Source: Fibrobacter succinogenes subsp. succinogenes S85
GTDB lineage: Bacteria > Fibrobacterota > Fibrobacteria > Fibrobacterales > Fibrobacteraceae
DNA length: 32,000 nt
Reading direction: 5' to 3'
NCBI RefSeq assembly: GCF_000146505.1
Contig: NC_017448.1
Span: forward strand, 1,560,001-1,592,000
The first letter of the stretch is position 1; the number at the start of each line of letters is the position of its first letter. The position numbers and the translations under genes were made by a program. Shown one piece after another: positions 16,581-23,732 of this stretch. The notes under the pieces were generated by a model. That model was given only the letters and a program-made list of their open reading frames with translations. It made no database searches and was not told the origin of the DNA.

Positions 16581-17606
16581 TCAGTTTCCAGACTGCATTT
16601 CGAGCAAGTCTGCAATGAGGGAAGCGTCGTTCGGGAAATATTTTAAAGCGACATTCAGGAGGCGCACGGATTCCTCGTCGCGTTTTTGCGCGTGGGCATC
16701 GTAGGCCATATTCTTGAAGCCAAAGACGGCTTCAGCATTCCCGTTTTTGGCGACAAGCTCGTAGGCATATTCGGCGCGATCATAGAACTTTGCATCGTAC
16801 GCAAGGTTTCCCATGAAGATAGCGGCATCAGAGAAATCAGGCTTGATTTGCAAAATGTTATTTAAGATTTCCATGGCGATGTAGGGCTTTTTATCTTCGG
16901 CGAGGACATCGGCAAGCTTGTACATAATTTGCGTGTCGTCGATTTTCACGCTGAGGGCTTCGCGGTAGGCGTTGGCGCTTTCTTCGAAATTCTTGTTCAG
17001 GCGGTATACGTCACCGAGGTAGACTAGGAAATCGGATTCTTCGGGATGGAGCGTGTAGCCTTCGCGAATTACGGCAACGGCTCGGTCAAAGTCGTTCAGA
17101 GCAATGTTTGCCTCGGAGAGCTGGTAAACGATGCTGATGTCATTTTTGTCGAGGCGGTAAGCATTTTCGATGGCGCGGAGGGCTCCGACTTTGTCGCCGG
17201 TTTTGGTGTAGGCTTCGCCGAGGTAAAGCCAGCCGGAAATGTTATCGGGGTCGAGTTTGAGCGCACGGTGGTAAACGGCAATGCATTCCGGGAACTGCTT
17301 TAAGCGGAAGTAGACGCTCGCCATATTGAAAAGTGCGGGTGCAAAATTGCCTTCGGAATAGTCCACAGCCTTGCGGTAGGCGGCGGCAGCTTCGGGATAT
17401 TTGTCCATTTGATAATAGCTATTGGCAATGTTGAAACTCACGGCAACGGGATCGGCGCCGCGGTCTTCGGCCTTGCGGTACAAGAGGATAGCTTGCTTGA
17501 ATTTCCCACTGCGATAAAGGGCGTTTGCGCGTTCCATCAAGTCAAAAGACGATTGCGCCGCAAACGACGACATTACAAAAAGCAAAACAAGAAAAAGCGG
17601 TTTCAT
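16581..17606 (-). CDS. Tetratricopeptide-repeat protein (TtpD-like last gene of a TonB2-type cluster)
   Basis: Signal peptide MKPLFLVLLFVMSSFAAQS followed by about eight TPR units (e.g. AILLYRKAEDRGADP, AAAAYRKAVDY, AVYHRALKLDPDN). It starts 1 nt after the tonB stop. Confidence 0.8.
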   Translation of the reverse strand: MKPLFLVLLFVMSSFAAQSSFDLMERANALYRSGKFKQAILLYRKAEDRGADPVAVSFNIANSYYQMDKYPEAAAAYRKAVDYSEGNFAPALFNMASVYFRLKQFPECIAVYHRALKLDPDNISGWLYLGEAYTKTGDKVGALRAIENAYRLDKNDISIVYQLSEANIALNDFDRAVAVIREGYTLHPEESDFLVYLGDVYRLNKNFEESANAYREALSVKIDDTQIMYKLADVLAEDKKPYIAMEILNNILQIKPDFSDAAIFMGNLAYDAKFYDRAEYAYELVAKNGNAEAVFGFKNMAYDAHAQKRDEESVRLLNVALKYFPNDASLIADLLEMQSGN

Positions 17607-17607
17607 A

Positions 17608-18252
17608 CTAGTCTCTAAACTTCACTTCGAAAGGTTGTTCCATGCCACAGAAAGCAACGGCTTTGCCATCTTTTTCAGCGGGAGCAAAAGTCATACGAGC
17701 AATAGCATCCTTCCCCGCTTGCGCAAGTCCAGAGCCTGCGGGAGATTCTTCGATGACTTTGATATCATACGCGCGTCCGCCAACATCCACACAGAAACTG
17801 AGACGAAGCATGGCATCTATTTCGCGGTCACGGATTTGCGGCGGCACCTGGAAATTCGGCATGGAGCGGTTTTCCGGCTTTTTATCGACATCGCCTTTTT
17901 CAGTGGAGAGCGCGCCGCCTCGAAAATCGGCAACGAGCTCGCTATTGATGGCAGCACCCGCAGTTCCTGAAACGGCGCCAAGAGCCATGGCAAAACGCGG
18001 TCCCGCTTTGGGCGAGCGCGAATTGGACTTTTGGCGGTTTGGCTTGCGTGCCGTGCGTTTTTTCTCAATTTTCTTTTCAACTTCTTCAACTTTTTTCACG
18101 GAGACTTCGGTCTTGATGAATTTCTTTTCGTGGAAGATTTTACCCGTCAAGAACAAGTTCGCCATCGTCACGGAGAATACGAGAACCATGCTCGCGAGAA
18201 TCGCCGCGAGAAGGATTGAAAAACGCTTTAATAATTTCTTAACAAGTTTCAT
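17608..18252 (-). CDS. tonB: TonB-family energy transducer
   Basis: Start at MKLVKKLLKRFSILLAAILASMVLVF (TM anchor). A Lys/Pro-rich linker follows, then a TonB_C-like C-terminus (LRLSFCVDVGGRAYDIKVIEESP...). The longer ORF-track start would overlap exbD. Confidence 0.8.
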   Translation of the reverse strand: MKLVKKLLKRFSILLAAILASMVLVFSVTMANLFLTGKIFHEKKFIKTEVSVKKVEEVEKKIEKKRTARKPNRQKSNSRSPKAGPRFAMALGAVSGTAGAAINSELVADFRGGALSTEKGDVDKKPENRSMPNFQVPPQIRDREIDAMLRLSFCVDVGGRAYDIKVIEESPAGSGLAQAGKDAIARMTFAPAEKDGKAVAFCGMEQPFEVKFRD

Positions 18253-18265
18253 CTTTCGTCTATGA

Positions 18266-18670
18266 TTATTCTGCTTGGGCGGCGATGGAGACTTTTTTGA
18301 CGCCGGCCAAATTGCACATATCGATGACCTGAACGAGAACGCCAGTTTCGGATTCCTTGTCGGCAATCACGACGGCTTCGCGGTCAGGCGCTTTGGCGAG
18401 AGACTGTTTCAAGATGTCTTGCAGGCTCGCCAAATCCACCTGGCGTTCATTCATGTGAATCGTCCCTTCACGCGTGATGGCTATGAGCAAGTTTTCTTTT
18501 TCAAGTTGGCTCGCCGATTGCGCCTGCGGTTTCGTCACATCCACACCCGTTTCGCGAGTGAACGACGACGTCACCACAAAAAAGATGAGCAAGATGAACA
18601 CGATATCCATCAGCGGACCCATTTCAATGCCCACGTCTTTCTGTTTTCTTCTCGGTAAATTAAATTCCAT
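18266..18670 (-). CDS. exbD: ExbD/TolR-family biopolymer transport protein
   Basis: 134 aa with the motif GPLMDIVFILLIFFVVTS and a periplasmic domain. Confidence 0.9.
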   Translation of the reverse strand: MEFNLPRRKQKDVGIEMGPLMDIVFILLIFFVVTSSFTRETGVDVTKPQAQSASQLEKENLLIAITREGTIHMNERQVDLASLQDILKQSLAKAPDREAVVIADKESETGVLVQVIDMCNLAGVKKVSIAAQAE

Positions 18671-18682
18671 AACAAATCCTTT

Positions 18683-18713
18683 AGATTGCTTCGCCTACGG
18701 CTCGCAATGACGT
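18683..18713 (-). repeat. 31-nt hairpin-ATGAC repeat, GCAAT type (copy 1)
   Basis: AGATTGC-N11-CTCGCAATGACGT. Both arms are identical to the copy at 19414-19444. It supplies the last six codons and the stop of exbB. Confidence 0.75.
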
Positions 18714-19399
18714 TGTCCAGCTCGGGTTGCAAAATAGTTGTCGATTACCGTTGCGCCAAGTTCCATTTCCTGCTTCAAGATTTCAATGCGTTCGTCCAAA
18801 CGCTGTTTCATAAGAGTCAGCGGGAACGCAATCAAGAGCCCGCTCTGCGTCGAAATCAAGGCTTCTGAAATTCCATCCGCCATCAGCACCGGGTTCTGGT
18901 TTCCGTACAACGTGATTACCTCAAAAGTCGAGACCATCCCCGTAACCGTTCCAAGCAGGCCCAAGAGCGGCGCGGCTGCAGCCATCACAGAAACAATGTG
19001 GTTTCCTTGTTCCATGTAGCGCACACTTTTCATCATGCGTACTTGCATGTAGTCGCGAAATTCGTCATAATTTTTTTGCGCAATTTCAATCGCGTAAGAA
19101 AGTTCTCTCGAAAGGAATCCACCGCGTTTGCGAAGGTTTGTCAAAGTCGTCTGCACACGCTGTTCATCAGAGGAAGATTCGGTTCCAACAACAGCTCTTT
19201 CGCCGGTCAAGCCGCGCTGCATACGCCTCACGACTTTAGTGATATCCTTTCTGAAAAAATCGCTACCGATGCGAAACCAACTCGAGAAAAGGAAATAGAA
19301 TCCAACAACGCCCGACAAGAGGATGGGTAGCATCACCACGCCACCCGCCTCATACGTATTCCGCAGAGATTCTATGAATATGTAATGAAAATCAGTCAT
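18695..19399 (-). CDS. exbB: MotA/TolQ/ExbB proton-channel protein
   Basis: 234 aa with three TM segments and the conserved AAAAPLLGLLGTVTGM and ISEALISTQSGLLIAFP blocks. Confidence 0.9.
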   Translation of the reverse strand: MTDFHYIFIESLRNTYEAGGVVMLPILLSGVVGFYFLFSSWFRIGSDFFRKDITKVVRRMQRGLTGERAVVGTESSSDEQRVQTTLTNLRKRGGFLSRELSYAIEIAQKNYDEFRDYMQVRMMKSVRYMEQGNHIVSVMAAAAPLLGLLGTVTGMVSTFEVITLYGNQNPVLMADGISEALISTQSGLLIAFPLTLMKQRLDERIEILKQEMELGATVIDNYFATRAGQRHCEP

Positions 19400-19413
19400 A
19401 ATTCATTCAGATG

Positions 19414-19444
19414 AGATTGCCGCGTTTTCAACTCGCAATGACGT
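19414..19444 (-). repeat. 31-nt hairpin-ATGAC repeat, GCAAT type (copy 2)
   Basis: AGATTGC-cgcgttttcaa-CTCGCAATGACGT, lying 3 nt after the TtpC-like stop and 14 nt before the exbB start. Confidence 0.75.
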
Positions 19445-19447
19445 ATT

Positions 19448-21055
19448 TTACTTACTTTCCTTTCCAAAGACTTTATTCATAAGCGAAGTACTTTGCACGT
19501 AGAGTTCGCTGGTAATTTTTTCAATCTTTTCGCTCAGGAGCCCATGCAAAATCATCACAGGGATTGCAATGACCAAGCCCATTTCAGTCGTGACAAGAGC
19601 TTCAGAAATACCGCCTGCAAGCACGCGAGCATCATTCGTCCCGACTTCGGTAATGACAGTAAAGAGCGTAATGATACCCGTCACCGTTCCAAGCAAACCC
19701 AGAAGCGGAGCAATCGTACCCATCGCCGCCAGAAGGCCCATGCGGCGTTCAAGTTTCGGCTGTTCACGGAGCAAAGCTTCTTGCAAGGAGCGTTCCGCAT
19801 TTTCACGCGTGTCGTTTACCTTGTTAAGCACGGCAAAAAGCACCATTGCAAGACTCGTCTCTTTCTTGAGGCAGAGATTGGCGGCTTCTTCGTACTTTTT
19901 CTCAGCGACAAGCGCATCCATTTTCTTGGTGAAGCGACGGCCGAGATGACCACGGTAAGAAAGCATCACGAAACGTTCTAGGAACAAGAGGAGCGCAATG
20001 ATCGCCACAAGCGAAAGCGGATACATCACGATACCGCCCTTCTTGAAGAACACCTTGAATTCTTCGGTCCAAGTGAGTTCCTTTGCATCGGTGATAGAAT
20101 TTTTGATGGCCTTGTTCTGCAGTACATCAAGCGGAATTGCGATAGTAGCCTGCGCGTCCGTTGCAGCACTTGCCACCGAGCCCGCCTGGTTCACGGCAGA
20201 CTTGATATTTGCAGCCATTTCCGTGGGCAGATTTGCATTCCATTCAAAGACCTTGCCCTGCAAAGCACCAGAGCGCAATAGCGCCTGCACATCACCATTG
20301 TCGTTTGCCACTTCGCCGAGGAACACCGTTCCCAAGCGCAAACGATTCACGTTCACATCCGGGCGCGTACCGACCTGCGAAAGTTCAGCACCATAAGACT
20401 GCGTGTAAGTGACTTCGTGACGGGCAAGCAAATCTGCCATATAGCCCTGCACCGCAGCAATCGTATTCGGCACATTCTTTTCGGCTTCAGCACTGGCGCG
20501 TTTCAAGTTCAAAAGGCGCTTGTTCATCCCGACCGGATAATCGCCCGCTACATCGCCAAGAGTCTTTTCAATGGAAAGCTTCACTTGCGTGTTGAGCGCA
20601 TCAAATGCAATTTCTTCGCTCTTGGACTTTTCTTCCGCTTCTTCAGTGACATTTTTGTTTGCCATCACTTCTTCGGTGACGCGGCCAAGATCTGTTGAGA
20701 GTTTGGAATAGCGACCGTCCAGTTCACGCGTTTTATTCTGATGTTCTTCGGTCAACTGCGATTCGGCATAGCGATTGCTCCAATGCTTGGCATCGAGCTT
20801 TTCAAGGGAATCGGCTTTTTGCATGCGGATGCGGGTAAGCGTTTCGACTTCGCGCTGCAAATTGCGCACTTCGATTTGCAACAAGGAATCCTTGATACGG
20901 GCTTCGTCTTCGGCGCTCTTCTTGTCGCTCGACCATGGCCATGCAAAAGCAGAAGAGGCGAGCATTAAGACAATTGCAAAAAACTTCACTAAATCCTTCG
21001 ACTTCGCACTATGTGCTCCGCTCAGGATGACACCATTTCTTTCGTCTAAAATCAT
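19448..21055 (-). CDS. Large MotA/TolQ/ExbB-family protein with long periplasmic N-terminal extension (TtpC-like)
   Basis: 535 aa: signal/TM, a ~330-aa coiled-coil-rich N-domain, then an ExbB-like module (MGTIAPLLGLLGTVTGI; ISEALVTTEMGLVIAIP). The ATGA start overlaps the upstream stop. Confidence 0.85.
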   Translation of the reverse strand: MILDERNGVILSGAHSAKSKDLVKFFAIVLMLASSAFAWPWSSDKKSAEDEARIKDSLLQIEVRNLQREVETLTRIRMQKADSLEKLDAKHWSNRYAESQLTEEHQNKTRELDGRYSKLSTDLGRVTEEVMANKNVTEEAEEKSKSEEIAFDALNTQVKLSIEKTLGDVAGDYPVGMNKRLLNLKRASAEAEKNVPNTIAAVQGYMADLLARHEVTYTQSYGAELSQVGTRPDVNVNRLRLGTVFLGEVANDNGDVQALLRSGALQGKVFEWNANLPTEMAANIKSAVNQAGSVASAATDAQATIAIPLDVLQNKAIKNSITDAKELTWTEEFKVFFKKGGIVMYPLSLVAIIALLLFLERFVMLSYRGHLGRRFTKKMDALVAEKKYEEAANLCLKKETSLAMVLFAVLNKVNDTRENAERSLQEALLREQPKLERRMGLLAAMGTIAPLLGLLGTVTGIITLFTVITEVGTNDARVLAGGISEALVTTEMGLVIAIPVMILHGLLSEKIEKITSELYVQSTSLMNKVFGKESK

Positions 21056-21888
21056 CTCACGCCTCCCACAACAGACAAACTTACAGGCAATTTTACAATC
21101 TGAGGTGGCTTTTTAGCCTGCTTCACATCGATGGCAAGTTTCACAGCGGCGCGTTCCTCAAGATTCAATTCTTCGTTCCATTCATAAACAATCTTATCGT
21201 TTTCCAGCTTACGTTCCAGGCGACCGTAAGAGGCTCCGTTTTCATCAACATAGACCATCCACTGGTTCCCTATGCGGAGAATTGTCGCATTCACAATTTC
21301 GCCATTTTTGCGAGTGAGCGGGCTGTTGACCACAGAAACTTCATCGCCAAACTTGATTTCTTCATTCACGAGCGACTTCATGCGAGAAAATGCTTCTTCT
21401 TCGGTCACGTTTCCGCTTTCGATTTCACGCGTCAAAGATTTTGCACGATCAAGGCGCTTGTCGCGTTCCCACGGGAGCGTCTGCGCAATTTGGACTTCGA
21501 GCTGTTTACAGATTTTGGCAAGTTCACCGCGCAATGCACGGCGTTTTGCGGCCACGTTATCGCTCTTGTTCTTCGCGCGGGCCTGCTTGTTGCGCTCCTG
21601 CTGGAGGCTTGATGCCACCTTGCGAATTTTGGCATTCAGGCTATCAATTTCCAGATTACGGCGTTCCACATCCGCCTTGTAGCGCTGTTCAAGCAACTGG
21701 CGGTGGGACACATCGGCACGTAGCATCGAATCCGTCGACGCGATTCGAGTATTCAAATTTTGAATTTCAGAATTCAGCTTTTCCTTCTGCAATTTCAGGT
21801 CGCGAATTTCGGACTCGTAGTCTGCAAAAGCTAGGCCCGAAAGCGAGAAAACAAGGACCGCAAAAGGCAATATATTCAATCGTTTCAT
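21052..21888 (-). CDS. DUF3450-family periplasmic coiled-coil protein (TtpB-like)
   Basis: 278 aa with a signal peptide, a long coiled coil and a C-terminal globular part (ATILRIGNQWMVYVDENGASYG...YEWNEE) as I recall for DUF3450. It occupies first position of a TonB2-type gene order. Confidence 0.7.
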   Translation of the reverse strand: MKRLNILPFAVLVFSLSGLAFADYESEIRDLKLQKEKLNSEIQNLNTRIASTDSMLRADVSHRQLLEQRYKADVERRNLEIDSLNAKIRKVASSLQQERNKQARAKNKSDNVAAKRRALRGELAKICKQLEVQIAQTLPWERDKRLDRAKSLTREIESGNVTEEEAFSRMKSLVNEEIKFGDEVSVVNSPLTRKNGEIVNATILRIGNQWMVYVDENGASYGRLERKLENDKIVYEWNEELNLEERAAVKLAIDVKQAKKPPQIVKLPVSLSVVGGVR

Positions 21889-21924
21889 AACTATTCCAAA
21901 TAGGTTGTCTCTAAATTACATTAT

Positions 21925-21955
21925 TTAAACACCTGGACCCACCAAAAGTGTCACC
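21925..21955 (-). promoter_or_regulatory. 31-nt bipartite motif, copy C (upstream of the TonB2-type operon)
   Basis: Minus strand reads GGTGACACTTTTGGTGGGTCCAGGTGTTTAA. The motif ends 36 nt before the ATG at 21888. An A/T-rich tract lies upstream. Confidence 0.45.
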
Positions 21956-21980
21956 GTGTTTGATAAAAAAAATTCAAGAA

Positions 21981-23732
21981 TTACTGACATTCTACACGAC
22001 CATCCTTAACTTCACACCAGTTTTTACACATCGAAATACTGAATGAAGAATCAAAATTTACCGTAACCATTTCATTATAATAATCATCGCACACTTTTTC
22101 CACTTCGCGATGCAAAACATTTGATTTCAAATTCTGGAGATAATAGCGGCTCACAAAAGCCGAACGACACTGTTCGTAATCCTTCAAATTCCAACCGCGG
22201 TCAGCACACCAAAGCCACAGATATTCCTTACAATAATTCCTTTCAGGATCTTCCAAGCAGTCCTGTTTTAGCGCAGAACAATCTGCAATATGGTTGTTTT
22301 TAAAATTGTTCGCCACGCAATAGCGTTTTAATCCGTCTGCATACGCATTCGCCTTATCCGCAGCATCGATAGAATCCGGCAGGAACTGCGACCATTTCGT
22401 TGTATCAAGCATCATCGCCGCCTTAACATGCGAAGCATAGCACGCCTTAACATTTTTGTTATAAACGGAATCTCTATAAACTTCGGTCGCATATTCGTTT
22501 AGCCCTTCCAAATCGCCCGCTTGCCACAAGTAATCCGGCCCTGAAACTCCTGCACAAGCAATATCCTGGTAAAGGCGGCACCCCCTGGAATCCCAACTGT
22601 CGGCATTATCGCCTTTTGTATCCGTGCAATTAGAGGCCGCGATATGACCATAACCAACACCTTCACCATCAACATTGACATAAATCGTTGTTTTCGCCAT
22701 TCCGCTAAACACACCCATTCCATTTTCAATATTCGATTCAGGAATAAATCGCGAATCCGAAACAGATTGTTTTACCTTATCCACATAATCAACATAAGAT
22801 TCATCTGTCGCATAGAGGTCTACAGAAATTTCACCAATAGGGAGCATCATATTCATCAGATAAAGCGTATCAAGAGTTTTGTTCCCTGCGACCGCGCGAT
22901 TTGATGAAAAACCAAGATTTTGTTGTTTTTCCAAAGGATCGTGCATCGCAATTCCGCGATACCCCTCTTCATCGGCATCAGTCATTCCCTTGAACATCCG
23001 GTTCATCGTAGTATTTTGCGACTCACCATTTTCAATACCGTAATTCATGATGGACAGCACTCCACGCACAGAATTATCATAGTCTAGCGCAACTTTAACA
23101 AACTCCATATCCATCGGATATTCTAGGAATTGAACATAAAACAGGTTGTTTGAATTCCGATTTTCTGTCCACACATAATCACCATTTTGTCGGGGTACAT
23201 TCATTCCCTTAACTTGAACTTTATTCGGAATAGTTGCAATAGCCTTATAGGTAGATTTTGCAACATGGCCAGCGCTATCCCATTTAAAATAAGCTTTCAG
23301 TTCATAGGATTCGCCCGTAATTCCGTAAAACATGTAAGGTGTATAAAAACAATTCGGGTTTGATGATTTGGGTTCCAGAATTGCAATTGTATCCTGTTTT
23401 TCGAAATCTCGACCAATTGTAAATCGTCCACGAACAGTCACATCAGCGCTATCATAGAAAGCGAAATTCTGTGATGAAGTTTCATCAAGCTGATAGACTT
23501 TTGAAAAACAGACATAAGGGTTTCCGTTTGCCATCACGTAACCATACGTATAAATACCCGTATAGACATCACGCTCTTCAGGATAGTATTCCCACGGTCC
23601 ATGAAAATCACAAGCCGCAAAATAAACAGACGAGAGAATCCAGACGAGAGACGAGAGGAATCGCCTACAAGATTCTTTGACTAAGTTCTTTCGTCTTTCG
23701 TCTTTCGTCTTTTGTCTAGAAATAGTATTCAT
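21981..23732 (-). CDS. Lipoprotein, N-terminal part DUF4249-like, with a ~220-aa Cys-rich C-terminal extension
   Basis: Lipobox VYFAAC. The ATG at 23732 overlaps the receptor stop by 17 nt. Residues ~45-355 end in SNIENGMGVFSGM, which I recall as DUF4249-like. Residues ~360-583 contain 14 Cys. Confidence 0.7.
   Translation of the reverse strand: MNTISRQKTKDERRKNLVKESCRRFLSSLVWILSSVYFAACDFHGPWEYYPEERDVYTGIYTYGYVMANGNPYVCFSKVYQLDETSSQNFAFYDSADVTVRGRFTIGRDFEKQDTIAILEPKSSNPNCFYTPYMFYGITGESYELKAYFKWDSAGHVAKSTYKAIATIPNKVQVKGMNVPRQNGDYVWTENRNSNNLFYVQFLEYPMDMEFVKVALDYDNSVRGVLSIMNYGIENGESQNTTMNRMFKGMTDADEEGYRGIAMHDPLEKQQNLGFSSNRAVAGNKTLDTLYLMNMMLPIGEISVDLYATDESYVDYVDKVKQSVSDSRFIPESNIENGMGVFSGMAKTTIYVNVDGEGVGYGHIAASNCTDTKGDNADSWDSRGCRLYQDIACAGVSGPDYLWQAGDLEGLNEYATEVYRDSVYNKNVKACYASHVKAAMMLDTTKWSQFLPDSIDAADKANAYADGLKRYCVANNFKNNHIADCSALKQDCLEDPERNYCKEYLWLWCADRGWNLKDYEQCRSAFVSRYYLQNLKSNVLHREVEKVCDDYYNEMVTVNFDSSFSISMCKNWCEVKDGRVECQ
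23628..23717. repeat. Purine-rich AGACGAGAGA repeats plus inverted TCTTTCG heptamer repeats spanning the first ~35 codons of the lipoprotein gene
   Basis: AGACGAGAGA at 23628-23637 and AGACGAGAGACGAGAGG at 23642-23658. A run tctttcgtctttcgtctttcgtcttttgtct at 23688-23717 is their imperfect reverse complement. Confidence 0.7.

Noticed and set aside
18253-18366. N-terminal extensions offered by the ORF track: tonB to 18366, nfnA to 14710, lipoprotein to 10421, DUF4956 to 1859, receptor to 26202, GH127-like to 7623.
   Set aside because: The internal ATG starts have purine-rich RBSs and begin exactly at signal peptides or conserved N-termini. The extensions use TTG/GTG starts, overlap upstream genes or lie in AT-rich promoter sequence.
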